Assembly: GCF_006345805.1 (NCBI RefSeq)
Contig: NC_043006.1
Location: 10,664,001-10,728,000, forward strand
DNA: 64,000 bases
Direction of reading: 5' to 3'
From: Octopus sinensis
Lineage: Eukaryota
The notes below the pieces were generated by a model. It worked only from the letters and a program-made list of their open reading frames with translations, did no database searches and was not told the origin of the DNA. This document shows, piece after piece, positions 12,661-27,246 of this stretch; position 1 is the stretch's first letter, and each line of letters opens with the position of its first letter. The translations under genes and the position numbers were made by a program.

Positions 12661-13952
12661 AAACTCCTCTCTTAAAATTGCTGGTATTGTGCCAAAATTA
12701 GAAATCATTTTTAATTGTTAATGTTGTTTTTATTCTTTACCGATTGCAAAAATGGACTATCATTAGGAAAGTATGTAACTGGTGATTGAGACATTTATAT
12801 CTTAAGCATGTTATTAACAGTATAAATATCGTGAAATCAGTTCAGTTCTTTAACGAACGCATGTCGCGCACACGGCTCGCTATCTCCTGCACAATTGGCT
12901 TTCCTATTGTCTTTCTGATTTTTAAAAAGAACGTCACAATTATACTTTCTGCTGCTATAAACGCTTAGTTAACAGATGTAAGATTTTCTTGTCACGTTTA
13001 AAAAATCTGTTTTTAATATCGTGTTTAAAAATTAAAGCATTTTCAATGTCGAACAGCTATTTGTACTTAAAATGTTATTTTCCTTTAGTAATTGCAAATA
13101 AACTTTCATTATTGAATTGAAAATTAAATGCTGTCAATTATATATTATTTTTTGTTAAAAAAAAAACGATAAAGAAATGAATTTTCATTTCAGTGATGTT
13201 ATCATTGTAGCATGCAGTAATAAAATTGGCATACTTTTGATGGATTCTTTGTGCAACAATAAATACATTTTTACATTTTTCAAATAAAATATTTGTTTTC
13301 CAATTGTTAAACAAAAGTTTTTGTTTTCTAAAAGTTAAATGGATATTATGGTTTGCATGGTAGCTGTCATATGGATTCTTCAATTCCATTAAGACAAGAA
13401 AATTAACAGGAGTTAGTCAAACAGGAAAAAGTAGAAGAAAATCTCATGGATTTATTACTAGCAAATTGGAATAAACGTAAATTTTATCAAATTGTTTTCA
13501 CTGGGTACAAAACTAATGTTTACTGGAAAGAAGCCGAGTTAATTGAATTTATATGCAATATATTATATGAATCCTTTTTAAGACACTTCGGAGACAAAAC
13601 GTCTGGTACTTAACTACAGCTTCTGTAGTGTTATATAGCTGGACAGCAAATTGATGCCATTAATGCTTCCAGAAAATCTGAAACTTATTTCCAGCAGCTA
13701 CTTATGCATAACGATAAACATTGCAAGGCCTTGTGATTAAAATGGTTGCATCATACCGTATAATTCCAAGTTCAATCTTCCTGCTTGGTACTTCAGGTAA
13801 AAGTCTGTTTTTGTAACCTCATAATAACCTGTGGGAAATTTGTTAGACGGAAACGGCGCAGAAATTAATCATTTCATATGTGAGGTGGGCCTTTGTGTAT
13901 ATGTTTGTAAGTGAGAAGTGGGGGAGCGTGGGTGCGTCTCTGTGTGAGTGTA

Positions 13953-14172
13953 TACTCTTTTACTCTTTTACTTGTTTCAGTCATTTGACTGTAGCCATGC
14001 TGGAGCACCGCCTTTAGTCGAGCAACTCGACCCCAGGACTTATTCTTTGTAAGCCTAGTACTTGTTCTATCGGTCTCTTTTGCCGAACCGCTACGTGACG
14101 GGGACGTAAACATACAAGCATCGGTTGTCAAGCAATGCTAGGGGGACAAACACAGACACACAAACATACACG

Positions 14173-14208
<36 letters not shown>

Positions 14209-14375
14209 CGACGGGCTTCTTTCAGTTTCCGTCTACCAAATCCACTCACAAGGCATTGGTCGGCCCGAGGCTATAGTAGAAGACACTTGCCCAAAGGTGC
14301 CACGCAGTGGGTCTGAACTCGGAACCATGTGGTTGGTTAGCAAGCTACTTACCACACAGCCACTCCTGCGCCTGC
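13953..14375 (-). mobile_element. SINE S1, full length
   Basis: Complete S1 consensus with internal (TA)n. Confidence 0.9.
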
Positions 14376-14641
14376 GTATATGTGTGTCTATATAAAAGTT
14401 ACAGCCTTTTATGTCAAAGATAAGCCGTTCGATGTAGAGAGTTCGATAAAATAGTTACCAGGCTGAAATAAGCACCAACTCAATATGTTCGATTAGAATC
14501 CCTTGAACATGTTGGCCAGGAGTGCATTAATCTAGTGTCTGAAATCAAGATAATACGCAATGAAACCGGTACATTGAAGTGGAAATCTCACCGTCATGAA
14601 CTAGTTCAATGTGAAAACGACTCTTAACTAGTTACGTGTAC

Positions 14642-14757
14642 CTCGTTACTTATTGTAGCATTTTGTGTAGTTGTGTACAGTTTTAGTCTGAACGGAGGTT
14701 GGATATTTGCTGCTGATAATTCTTCTATTTCATTTGTTGTTTCGTCGTCGGGCAGAT
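14642..14757 (-). CDS. Candidate internal coding exon (116 bp, phase 1 to 0): DLPDDETTNEIEELSAANIQPPFRLKLYTTTQNATISNE
   Basis: cgtag acceptor and GAG/gtacac donor; open acidic frame in non-repeat DNA; acceptor is weak. Confidence 0.35.
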
Positions 14758-14807
14758 CTACGATTTAAGACGTTATGGACATCATGATACCATATACTTT
14801 CTTTCAG

Positions 14808-14852
<45 letters not shown>

Positions 14853-14957
14853 GGAGTTTAACCCAGATATACTTCAAATACTTTTACTTCCAACACGTTT
14901 CGAAGATTAACAAGGGAAAAATACACTCATCTATTTATATATATATATATTATATAT

Positions 14958-15057
<100 letters not shown>

Positions 15058-15065
15058 GTAATGCT

Positions 15066-15375
15066 ACATGGAGTCGCATTGGCCCAGTGGTTACGGCAAC
15101 GAACTCGCGGTTGTAGGATTGCGGTTTCGAATGCCTGACTGGGCCTTGTGAGTATTTGTTGAGCTAAAACACCTAAAGCTCCACGATGCTCCGGTAGGGG
15201 GTGGTGGTGATCCCTGCTGTACACTTTCACCACAACTTTCTCTCACTCTTTCTTCTGTTGGTCTGCTCGCTTAGCCAGCGGGGTGGCGTCATTTGAAGGC
15301 TAAAACAATGCGAAGCGCATTGTGACCAGCGATGTATAGCAACATCTGATAGTCTGCTGGTTCACGGTGATATAA
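15066..15375 (+). mobile_element. SINE S3 variant with ccagcggggtggcgtc...cattgtgaccagcgatg tail
   Basis: Same tail found in reverse at 18898 and 39715. Confidence 0.85.
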
Positions 15376-16811
15376 TGCTACATGTTCCAATGTGACTTTG
15401 ATTTAAGTGTATAGTATTTGATGGGATGACTGCAGGTCAGGAAAAACTTATTTCTAGCAAATGGAACGACTGTATAGAAGTTACAAGCTTGACTTAGATG
15501 TTGCTTGCAGAAAGGTTGATATAAAGATAAGTAGAACAAATTAGCAGTGCTATGCAAGACAAAGAAAGTGAGAGATTCGGTAGACCACAAGATTATATAC
15601 CTATAGCAGACCATTTATATTAGTTCAAATTCCGCTTAGGTAAGCTTTCATTTTCATCCCATGAAACGAGGCAAAAATGTTTACGAATCTTTTAAAGAGA
15701 TTGGTATAATCCATCATACCTCTTTAAATAAATGGACTTAGCCCAATCTAAGATTTCCATTGTGATAAATGTTGATATTTTGTTTATAGTGTCGCCAAAA
15801 CTTTTAAGCTGTATTTGTATAGTTGAAGTGTGTTGTATTGGATTTAATTGAAGCAGTCATTACTAGCAGTTCAAAATGTTTCAGAACTTTATTAAATTTC
15901 GAGATATCACAGGAGGGAAAACAAAAGACACACATATTTAGTTCTGACCTTCGAACTGCTGAAACATAACCGATTCACAATGTAATAATGACACCGTTTC
16001 AAGTGATTAATGATTCCTTTACAACATTAATCAAACATCATGCAGCGTATATTTTAGTTTCTGACATACATTATTACAAAGTAAAATTTCGAATTTTCGA
16101 GCTGTATAATTAGCTGCGTTTAAGAATTGAACCGATGACCTCGGGATGAAGGAACATTCTTCAAAAGGCCGGATGTTATACTTCATTTTGTCACTCAGTG
16201 AACAGTGACCAATTACCTGACATTGTTTTCATCCTATCACCTATTAAAGATTCCAGGGTTAAACACAGGAAATGCGAAGCACAAGATACACAGATCATTT
16301 GACATTATCTGCATTCGAGGAATCTTAAAAGAATACATTTTATGAAAAATCTGATTGATAGTCAAATTTCCGATAACTTCATTTTCCTTATGTCAAGAAT
16401 TCGGCTGGATTTATAGATAGGCTCATATCTCTTAAGTGCATCACTGAACTGAATATTAAGTTTACTGCAAAACACTGAATATAAAATGAGAAAAATTCCA
16501 CCATACAATCAATCACACAGAATCAGAATTCTTAATTAAAGATTCTTGCTCTAGACCAAGAAATAGCAAAATTACTTTACACGATGATCAATAACACTTG
16601 ACTTAAATTAGGATGCATCTGCTAAATTGTTCAACGTTAGAGATATATCAAGTATACGCATGCCCTTTATAAAGTGTTCGAGGTTCTTAGAGTAATGTTA
16701 CTATTCTTACTCGAGATGTTAGCAAAATTTACGAGAAAGGAAAGCCGATACATGTTCATACAAAAGTGTTTATATTCTCAGACCAGTTTGTATCTGCTTG
16801 AATATTAATCG

Positions 16812-17062
16812 ATAAAATAAATGCACCCATTTAAAGCCTAGCCAGGCTCATGGGTCCGGTTTCCCGGTTTCTATGGCGTATGTGTTCCCCAGCTGGAAGG
16901 GACGCCAGTCCATCGCAGCGTTACTCATTTTTGCCAGCTGAGTGGACTGGAGCAACGTGAAATGAAGTGTTTTGCTAAAGAAAAGAACGCGTCGCCCGGT
17001 CCAGGAATCGAAGCCACAATCTTACGATCATGATGCTGACACCCTAACCACTAAGCCACATG
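16812..17062 (-). mobile_element. SINE S5
   Basis: aaaataaatgcgccc...ccctaaccactaagccac; three copies in the window. Confidence 0.85.
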
Positions 17063-17705
17063 CATCCACGGTTAAATAAAGTCACACCGAAAGAAATTGT
17101 AGGCCCTCCTGCGGTTTCGATGATGACCATTCGGTCGATTGATTACTTGAAATTCTATTTAATAGTGAGTAGTAACAAAATTCACGAGAATGGAAAGCCC
17201 ATACAAGTCGATACAAAAATGCTTGTATTCGCAGAACAGTTTATATCTGGTTAAATTCTAGTAGCCATGGAAGTCAAAGTCAAACCGACAGAATTTGGTT
17301 GTCCGACAGTTTCGACGATGAGTATTCGGTTAATTGATTACTTGAAAATTTACTATTGAAATTAAGGAGTACACAGATTCTGATGCTTTAGATACGTGTA
17401 CCAATAACTTAATCTTGAAGCAAAATTTTGTGTATGACTATCATACAAATTTCAGAAAGGAAAAAGACGAGGCAAAATTAATCGACTTCAATACTTAAAT
17501 GATACTTTACTTGTCAATCCCGAAATAGCAGAATTTGAACGAACACACACACACACACACACACACACCATGTTCGAGAAATATCGACGGTTTGTATGAA
17601 AGGCAAAACACACCTTGTCCCATCCAAATATAAAGTATTTTTTAAAATTTCAGCTAGATTATGGCTGAAACATAAGAATTTACTCAAATATCCGCCTTAA
17701 GCAGC

Positions 17706-18040
17706 CTCTACAGGCCCAACTCGTTAGGCCTAACTCATCGTAAAGTCAATACCACCATGACTGATATCCAATCTACAGTGGAGAAGGCTAGCCACTGGAT
17801 TTGGTTAAAAAGAGACGATGAGCGATGGCTAGAAGTATATTGAGTTCTTCATAACCAGCTGATCTAGCAAGCGGGGTCTCATATCAGTGAGGGGGGCCGG
17901 TGCGCATTGATGCCATCGAGAGGTAGGCCCCGAAATGGCGCGCATTCTCTCCTGATGACCCCATACACTTGCTAGCTTCCGATATACGGAGCTTTTAACT
18001 GGTAGCACTTGCATGTGCAAGTTTGTTTGCAAGACATGTT
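17706..18040 (+). mobile_element. 3' end of a HERO-like (RLE-clade) non-LTR retrotransposon
   Basis: 17706-17843 translates as ...LGLTHRKVNTTMTDIQSTVEKASHWIWLKRDDERWLEVY*, resembling the AEKASxWLWLKR terminus of HERO/NeSL-type elements; GC-rich 3' UTR follows. Confidence 0.65.
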
Positions 18041-18145
18041 TCGTCTTGAATAGCCTCGAGGAATTGCTTAAGTGTGGGAAAATGGATTTGTTTACAATAT
18101 ATGCTTTTTGAATTAGCATATCTTTAGAGATCTATATCGCGTTAC

Positions 18146-18235
18146 CTTTGTCGGTGTGTCTTCAACCCGTTTATTGCTCTCCTTCTTTTGCACGAAAAAA
18201 TCGATTTCCTTCTGGAAATATCTTGATTTTGATAC
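18146..18235 (-). CDS. Candidate internal coding exon (90 bp, phase 0 to 0): VSKSRYFQKEIDFFVQKKESNKRVEDTPTK
   Basis: tctttcaattctatgacag acceptor, AAG/gtaacg donor, open frame, unique DNA. Confidence 0.5.
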
Positions 18236-18897
18236 CTGTCATAGAATTGAAAGACATCACATAATTTTCTTTTTTCATAAAAAGAAATATCTAGGCTTGA
18301 TAAATGTATTCTATATAATGCCAGTACCACTTGGCAGAATTGACCATCTTTGTAGACTCTTTCCTCGGTCTTTGACCCGAACATTACATTACATTATTTT
18401 ACTTTATTTATTTATTGCCAAAGCACGAGAATGTCGATACACACATCTTACTGTGTACGATCACTTGCTGTTAACCTTCCGCCTGTTGACTGACCACTTC
18501 AGGGTCAACTGTCATTTTTCATTTGCAACCAAACTGTGAAATATATCCGGTGTATATTTCTCTAAGATAAAAAATCTTGTATAAACGTTCAAATACATAA
18601 ACTGATTTACAACGAGAGGTTGCAGTACTGAGACACGAATTAATTTGAAATAAATTCAGAACATGCAAGTAGAGAATGAAACTTGCTTACAACGTTATGC
18701 AAATATCTTTTTTAAAAACATGTGATTTACATAATTGATTCTGTTTAAATGCAAAATCTCCATGATCAAAATTATTATGAAATTAACTGCGGTATTTAAT
18801 TAAATGAATTTGCATTATTTCATATTTCAATTTATTATCAGTAGTAAAGCTTTGTTACGCATATATATATATATGTGTGTGTGTATGTTTGTATATC

Positions 18898-19200
18898 ACG
18901 TGATCACGTGACCGACCAGACCATCAGATGTTGTTACACATCGCTGGTCACAATGCGTTCGCATTGTTTTAGCCTTGGAATAACGCCACCCCGCTGGCTA
19001 AGCGAGCAGGCCAACAGAAGAAAGAGTAGGAGAAAGAGGTGAAAGAGTACAGTAGGGATCACCACCCCCTGCCAGAGAATCGTGGAGCTTTAAAGTGTTT
19101 TCGCTCAATAAACACTCACAAGGCCCGGTCTGGGAATCGAAACCGCGATCCTACGACCGCGAGTCTGCTACCCTAACCACTGGGCCATTGCGCCTCCACA
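18898..19200 (-). mobile_element. SINE S3 variant
   Basis: tggaggcgcaatggcccagtggttaggg head at 19200. Confidence 0.9.
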
Positions 19201-19679
19201 GGTTTGTATATAGAAGTATATATAAAGATATATATTTACATCTACAAATGTGTATACACATACACATATACACACACATATACACACATGTATACACACA
19301 CGATAAGATATAACGATGAATTATAAACTGACTTACAATATAAGTGTGCAAAATAGCTCCTAAAATTGCTAGAAATAAGAGCTAAAGATATAACTCGAAT
19401 AGCCACACAAAATCATTACTCCAGCGAAATAAAACACATCTTACTCCAGCGAAATAAAACTCACTGATTGAAAGAATTTGATTTTGAAATTTAACCAGTC
19501 AGGTTTCGTTTCTCCTTAGGAGTCTCCACAATTTACTCCCGTTTAAAGAGCGCCAAATCCAAAGCAGTTTAAGCGCATATAAACATACAATATGATATAA
19601 TAACGATAAATTAATATTATGATATATTAAATTCGTTACAATATAGGATGCGAAAGCAATTAAAAACCAAAAGAGTAGA

Positions 19680-20240
19680 ATACATAGATAACGGTGTATA
19701 TATACATACATATATTATATATATACATATATTATATTATATATATATATTAAATTAATAAATAAAACATATGCATATATACATACATATATGTACGTAC
19801 CTACTTCTACATGTATATATGCATGCATATATGGGTAAAGGACACGAAAAAAAACGTCGAACACAATGAGAAACGAAAACATAAACACAAAACCAAGGAA
19901 ATGGACATTTTTCTTAAACAACGAAAAAATAGAGTACAGGACAAATAACACAAGGAAAATTCCCGTTCATCAGTCGCCATGGTGTCATTTACTCTGCGTT
20001 TCGAAGGTGAAGGCGATACGCATCTTCGATAGAAACTTTCCTTCCCGCGAAAAGCAAATCAAATAAAATTTGAGATCTTTTTGCGGAGGGGTAAAAATGG
20101 TAACAAAAACAGGACAGTAACGACAGTAAAAAGTATAAACAGGAAAAGACAGGACAAGGAGAATAACAAGACAAGAAGGGCTGTTAAGCCGAACGAGATA
20201 AAGTATTACGAACGCTATTTTTGAGAACGGCGAAGGAGCA
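19680..20240 (-). mobile_element. PLE-derived dispersed repeat (gaaacgcagag...ctgatgaa family)
   Basis: Its 3' part recurs on the plus strand at 31685-31870. Confidence 0.5.
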
Positions 20241-20243
20241 ACA

Positions 20244-20287
<44 letters not shown>

Positions 20288-20289
<2 letters not shown>

Positions 20290-20489
20290 CCTCGTGTGTA
20301 CCGTTGGCGATTTTTGCCCTCTGTCTTCCCTTCTCTGGAACTTTCCTTCTCCTATGTTTCCGACGAAGAGCTCCGCTCGAAACGTTAAACCCTCCTTCTT
20401 TCCTTCTTTCCTGAGCGTCCAATAATACTATATTTGTTCCCCGTCCTCGCGTTGTTGTGTTTTTTGTGCTTTCTTGTTTGTATATATAT

Positions 20490-20569
<80 letters not shown>

Positions 20570-21300
20570 ATATATATTCCCTTCCGGTCATTCAAAATGT
20601 GACCGCGTGTGTACCATTGGTGATTTTCTTTCCTCTGTCTTCCCTTCTTTGGATCTTTCTTTCTCCTATGTTTCCGACGAAGAGCTCGCTCGAAGCGTTA
20701 AACCCTCCTTCTTCCCTTCCTTCCTGAGCGTCCAATAATACTATATTTGTTCCACGTCTTCGCGTTGTTGTGTTTTCTCTTTGTGTTTTCATGTTTGGAT
20801 TAACTTTATATACCGCACGTTCACGTGGACCCCGGCCTTCTGACTGACTTGGATAAACAATTCCTGGATTTTTACACCTACGGATTACTGTTACCATTCA
20901 TCCGGATTACGCCACTGTAATCGTTATTGGAAATCAAAAAAGTTTGTCCGTGACTCTTTCACTTTTCCTCGTCATCTTTTTACCTTTCTTCTTCTACTTC
21001 CACTTTTCTACTTCTGTCGCCACCACTTACACCTACACAGACATTCACTTCTTTGAAAGAACTTTTCTTCACCCATTCCCTTCCGGTCAAAATGTGACCG
21101 TGTGTGTACCGTTGGCGATTTTTTTCCTCCGTCTTCCCTTCTCTGGATCTTTCCTTCTCCTATGTTTCCAACGAATAGCTCCGCTCGAAACGTAAAAACC
21201 TCCTTCTTCCCTTCCTTCCCCAGCATCCAATAATATTATATCTGTTCCACGTCCTCGTGTTGTTGTGTTTTCTCTATGTGTTTTCATGTTTGGATTAACT
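20288..21300 (+). mobile_element. Three tandem pLTR-like units of a PLE-derived element
   Basis: ~200-bp unit at ~20288, ~20596 and ~21085, each with the hammerhead-like motif; separated by (TA)n or a 290-bp upstream extension. Confidence 0.7.
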
Positions 21301-22392
21301 ATATATATATATATATATTGTATCTTTCTAAATTTTATTTATTCACCAATACGACAATCACTATCAAAACACTATCAGTTGGATTTGTTGTTTCACCATT
21401 GTTTATAAATCAGCAGCCGTTCTGTTGTTCCTTTTAAGTACCATGCCATTTATTTGTTTATCTGTTTAATTATTTATTCAATCATTTATTCATCTACTTC
21501 TCTCCTTAAATATTAAAGCTTCCAAACTTCATTCATCTACTTACCTGCCATTTTTCCATTGCATTCCTTGACGATTCTGCTACACGCCCATCCTATTTTG
21601 TTCTAAAACACTCCATTCGTTTCCTCTTTCTGTCCTCTCTTTTTACTCCCTTTGTCTTCCTTTTCTACTTTACTTGTTTATACTCTTTCCTTTTCCTCGT
21701 TTTCTTCTTTCATTGTTACTTTTCTTTTCTTCTTTCTTTTTCTTCTCTTTGTTTCTTTGTTTCCCTCCTATATATTTCCTATTACAGGAAACCTATATAT
21801 AGGTGAACAAATCCTCTCAAGAACTTGCCTCAAGATCTTGTGCAGCCAAAAGTGAAATTCAGAGTAATAAGGCGCAGACGTGGTAAGAAGTTTGATTCTT
21901 AACCATATGCTCTTGGTTTCAGTCCCACTACGCAGCACCTTGGCTTGGTGACTTCTACTATAGCGTCAAGCTACCCAAAGCTTTTGAAGGTATGCCGATG
22001 AAGGATGTTACCATCTGTGAGGGAAATAGAAAATGAATGCGTTTCAAATAAAGTCTCTTATAATTACAATATGTTGTCTTCGCCGTATTACGAACTCGTT
22101 TTTATCATCTCTCGTGTCACCAGAAACGATGGTATCTTCGTAGTACAAGGGAGATGATCTTGCTGAGCAACGATTCCAAATAAATCGTTTATAGTGATCA
22201 AATATATGTGCTGTATATTAGCTCCCTCCATCAAATTAATGTTCCTTGAACAGATGCACGATGTACAATACTTCAGGTGTCAGAGCGATACCCGAGGAAC
22301 GGGAGAGAAACTGTTTTACCCAAGAACTCAACGCGACACTCGGACCAGGAATTAAAATTACGATCACGTGATCATGAGTACAACCTAACTAA

Positions 22393-22450
<58 letters not shown>

Positions 22451-22610
22451 TATATATTTAAATAGGTGAATGAATATCCTATGTTTATCGTCAGCATGGA
22501 AAATTCGTTTAACCGAATCCTGGGTAGCAAATTCACGTCAGAAACACGGTTGAAACATATGTCGAGAGTAAAGGAATTTTGTTAACATCTTTGTTCGACT
22601 CCATTCTTTC

Positions 22611-22674
<64 letters not shown>

Positions 22675-22737
22675 TAAAACGGTAAGATAACAAAAGAAAG
22701 AAAGAGACCTCAATATTATGTAAATAGAGGAAATTAT

Positions 22738-22790
<53 letters not shown>

Positions 22791-22811
22791 ATGTATGTAT
22801 GTATGTATGTA

Positions 22812-23122
22812 CAGGGGCATAAATGATCATGGAATTGCACCTAGAAGGTTACCCTTCGAGGCACAAGTCCAGGCGACGTTGTTTATGGATCAGCATTTGC
22901 GCATGCGTACCAGCCTCCCATCTCCACGCCATCGCTATTATTCAAAAGAAAGGCAAAACCAATACGCATCGGCGCAAGTGACGTCGCAACTCATTTCTAC
23001 AGCTAAATGAACTGGAGCAACGTGAAATAGTGTTTTGCTTAAGACCCCAACAGACGGGCAAGTCCGTGTATCAAACTCACTACCTCGTGATTGTGCGCCC
23101 GACGCTCTAACCTCTGAGCCAT
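22812..23122 (-). mobile_element. SINE S4 (diverged)
   Basis: Reverse complement of the 1119-1450 element. Confidence 0.8.
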
Positions 23123-23259
23123 GCATATATGTGTGTGAGTGTGTGCGTGTGTGTGCGTGTGTGTGCGTGTATGTGTTATGTGTGTATGTATAATACTAAT
23201 TCATAAGAAATAAGCCAAGCACCCTCACTCTCCGCTAGAAATAGAGTGGAACAAAAATA

Positions 23260-23675
23260 AGGCGCGAGCTGGCAGAAACGTTAGCGCACCGGGCGAAATG
23301 CTTACCAGTATTTCGTCTGCCGTTACGTTCTGAGTTCAAATTTCGCCGAGGTCAACTTTGCCTTTCATTCTTTCGGGGTCGATAAATTAAGTACCAGTTA
23401 CGCACTGGGATCGATGTAATCGACTTAATCCGTTTGTCTCTCCTTGTTTGTCCCCTCTGTGTTTGGGCCCTTGTGGGTAGTAAAGAAATAGGTATTTTGT
23501 CTGCCGCTACGTTCTGAGTTTAAATTCCGCCGAGGTCGACTTTGCCTTTCATCCTTTCGGGGTTGATAAATTAAGTACCAGTTACGCATTGGGGTCGATT
23601 TAATCGACTTAATACCTATGTCTGTCCTTGTTTGTCCCCTCTATGTTTAGCCGCTTGTGGGCAATAAAGAAATAC
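23260..23675 (+). mobile_element. SINE S2 with duplicated 3' unit
   Basis: aggcgcgagctggcagaaacgttagc head followed by two body units. Confidence 0.9.
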
Positions 23676-24548
23676 GAAATTGAGTGGGACAAAGGTCATT
23701 CATTGATCTGCAGGTAACCTATTACAAGCGAGGCTATTGTTCAAACATGTGATATGTAATATAAAATAAATGCGTCTGTAGGTCGATATATTTTGTAAAT
23801 GTAAGGAGAATTTATGCAGTCATATACATTTCAATTTATGAATATTTCAGTTGTATATGACATAAAAATATTGATTATAAAAAATATGCAATGAAACACA
23901 TAGTTGTTCTTTAAATGTCCTCAATTTTGTCAAAATTTATTGTCAATTAAACAAAATAAAATTCCTTTTGTTCTGGGATGTTTTACTAGTAATTGCATTT
24001 GATTTCCACTTAATATTTCAAATATCAAATATAAAATACAAGTAGAAATTTCTCTGCAAAAGAACAAACAATTATTATATGTAATTTTTTTAAGGAAATT
24101 TTAATGTTTCAAAATTTATCTTGAAAGAAAATTCTAGACTCTGCGCATTTGGCTTCAGTAACGAATTGAATGAAATAAAACTGTTTTTGCTAAATGAAGA
24201 ACATAAGTCTCTGCTTAAAATTGATAGGACAAAAAGTAATATGTTCCAATATTTTAATTCCTTAAAAGAAGAAATGAACAAGTATAACCATATTTTCATG
24301 TGGGAGTAAAAAATCAAAAAGGAGCCGAAAATGTCTTCAAAATAAAGCGTAGCGCTCAATGATATTTCGATTATTAATATGCATACAAATGCAGATAAGT
24401 GTTTGTGTATGTGTGTATGTATGTGTGATGCATGTGTGTATACAGAAATATACACTTATATATGTTTGTGTGTGTGCGTGTGTATGAATGTATATATATA
24501 TATACATGTATATGAATATATATATATATGTGTATATATACATGCAAA

Positions 24549-24601
<53 letters not shown>

Positions 24602-24933
24602 ATACATATATATGAATGTATATATATGTATATACATATATATGTATATATGTATGAATGAGTGTGTGTGTCGCTTAACCATTGCGATACTAATAACCCG
24701 CTAAAGATCTGAATATACGTATATCTGAACGAAGCGTTAGTCGAGCACATAACGGTAGTGAGAAACGAGATGAGAAAGGAATACACGACCATCTTTTGAA
24801 TTTCGTTAGCTTACAGCTTGTTTCGGCATTGCTGATATTTACAAATTACCTATATTTGTGTTTTAAGCAAAAATAAATATCCTGAAATCAGTCAGAAATG
24901 TCTTTCAGAAGGTCATCCATGTGTAAGCAATAC

Positions 24934-24991
24934 GCATGTTTCCATTTTCTCGTGTACACTTTTCCTTCTCCAGTTCAGAATGTCTCGGTAA
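24934..24991 (-). CDS. Candidate exon (58 bp, phase 0 to 1): LPRHSELEKEKCTRENGNM
   Basis: cttaattcttccag acceptor and C/gtattg donor; phase compatible with the 26259-26297 exon. Confidence 0.3.
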
Positions 24992-25049
24992 CTGGAAGAA
25001 TTAAGACGACTTGTCATATTTGGATAACTGTAACTTGCACAGAATTGTG

Positions 25050-25310
25050 GGAAAAAATAAATGCGCCCTTTTAGAGCCTAGCCAAGCTCATGAGCCCGGT
25101 TTCCCGGTTTCTATGACGTATGTGTTCCCCAGCTGGACGGGACGCCAGTCCATCGCAGCGTTACTCATTTTTGCCAACTGAGTGGACTGGAGCAACGTGA
25201 AATGTAGTGTTTTGCTCAAGAACACAACGCGTCGCTCGGTCCAGGAATCGAAACCACAATCTTGCCATCACGATGCTGACGCCCTAACCACTAAGCCACG
25301 GGCCTCCACT
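25050..25310 (-). mobile_element. SINE S5
   Basis: Near-identical to the copies at 16812 and 36901. Confidence 0.88.
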
Positions 25311-25724
25311 ACAGAAATGTGAAGAGGTCTGATTTTACATGTGTTGATTTTCGACCAAATTTCATTGCAGTTGCAAATTAATTTCATTGAATTTTGCGAA
25401 TATATCTGCCATATAAGCAATATCATGATGCATCTTAGTTCATCCCAACGGACAGAATTACATTCTTGTAAGAATTCAATAACTGCTTTACCAAAGGAAC
25501 AAAAACGTTCAGTTATTTATTTATTTAAAGTGTTCAACAACTTCAGTCTACCTCTAATGTTATTTCCAGTTTGTAGATTACACAGCGAGCTGTAAAAGCT
25601 CTAAGCACACCATTTTCAATAAACTGGTGAAGCATCGACGATAACCTACCATCGATGATGTCACATTACTCCAATAGCAAATACTGTGTCCTCATTTGTA
25701 ACTGCTTCCAATCGGAGACACCCA

Positions 25725-26046
25725 TCCCCCTTCGGTCACGAATCACCATGGAATTGCACCTAGAAAGTTACCCTCCCAGGCGCAAGGCCGGGCAAAGTTT
25801 CTTATGGAAGACCAGCAGTCGCTCATACATACCAGCCTACCCTCTCTATACCACCGATGAAATCCAAGGGAAAAGCAAAGAGGCCGATATAGCTTGGTGC
25901 CAGTGATGTCGCAACTCATTTCTACAGCTGAGTGAACTGCAACAACGTGAAATAAAGTGTCTTGCTCAAGAACACAACAAGCAGCCCTGTCCGGGAATCG
26001 AACTCACAACCTCACGATCGTAAGTTCGACGCTCTAACCACTGGGC
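25725..26046 (-). mobile_element. SINE S4
   Basis: S4 consensus in reverse. Confidence 0.82.
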
Positions 26047-26258
26047 TTCCAGTAGTGTTACAAATAATAGGTCTTGAATGAAACGTTAATCTTCGACGAA
26101 GTAAACATAAGCAAGAAACAGACATTTATTACTTGGGACAGACATCTCATCTGATTTAGGTTTGGTCGTTCTGATTATATTACACAACACATCATTGTTA
26201 TAGCATTCCACATTGGGAAACACTTTCAATGCGCATTTTTAGAGAAAAGAATTCATAC

Positions 26259-26297
26259 TTCTACATCTTCCATTTGATTTTCAAGAATCTCGAAAAA
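26259..26297 (-). CDS. Candidate small exon (39 bp, phase 0 to 0): FFEILENQMEDVE
   Basis: Very strong acceptor tttgttttttctgttttag, GAA/gtatga donor, open frame. Confidence 0.5.
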
Positions 26298-27212
26298 CTA
26301 AAACAGAAAAAACAAACAAAAAAAACAGAGAAATTTCGACTTACTAGTTTTTTTCAAGACTTTTCCTTCAAAATACAAATTACAAATCTTTTAAAATGTG
26401 GAATGCGACAACATGACGAAAATAACAAAAAACGAAAAGAAGTAACTAGCGATGGCTTCGGTTCTGAAGGTATGATTAGGGGATGGGTCGACGTTGAAAA
26501 AAAAATATGTATTACAAAGTTTTATTTCTAAACAAAGTCGGTTCCCGAATGTTTTGAAATGTGGGATAGTAATAAAGTATGGAAAAATCCCGTACACATC
26601 CCCGAGTAATTCTGATCTATATAAGCACACCTACTCTGTAACTCCTACTGATAATAAGATATTTTATGATAAAAAACCATCTTATTGAGAGAGATTTTAA
26701 ATCATAAATTTGCAAGCATTGCCATAAACACTGAAAAGCGAAAGAAATTACTTGACTAAAGGAACTCCGATCAAAAACCCACCAACAGTACATTTGTAGT
26801 AATTGTTATATTAATCACAGTCTGAGTCTATTGGGTCAAGCCTATATTTAAAGCAAGTATACAGTGACAAATTCTAAAGTTAAAATTCTAAATTCTGATA
26901 CTGAAAATTTACAAAATATATAAAATTATTGAAAACAAATTTAAGTGCAATTCACCGACACTAATAATACACCCATCAGAAATACGTTAAAATAATTATA
27001 CATATTTTTTCTTTTTTTATTTAGAACAAAAGTCAAAATATCATTTACCGAAGATAGGTAGAATTTGTTACCTTTACCCTAACACAACAAACTCAAGAGA
27101 GCAGCTGTGTGAAATACATCGGAGTTGCAATTGCAGTTGTTAAAAAAGAAAATGATTTATTAAGAGAAAATGATCACTCCCACTGTTTCTCTCCCTTCCT
27201 CTCTCTCTCTTC

Positions 27213-27246
<34 letters not shown>

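Noticed and set aside
13138-13612. 83-aa minus ORF and overlapping short plus frames in AT-rich unique DNA
   Set aside because: Conflicting strands, no homology recognised and no consistent splice pair.
24090-24455. Protein-like ORFs on both strands (MKENSRLCAF...)
   Set aside because: AT-rich codon bias explains them; no motif or exon boundaries.
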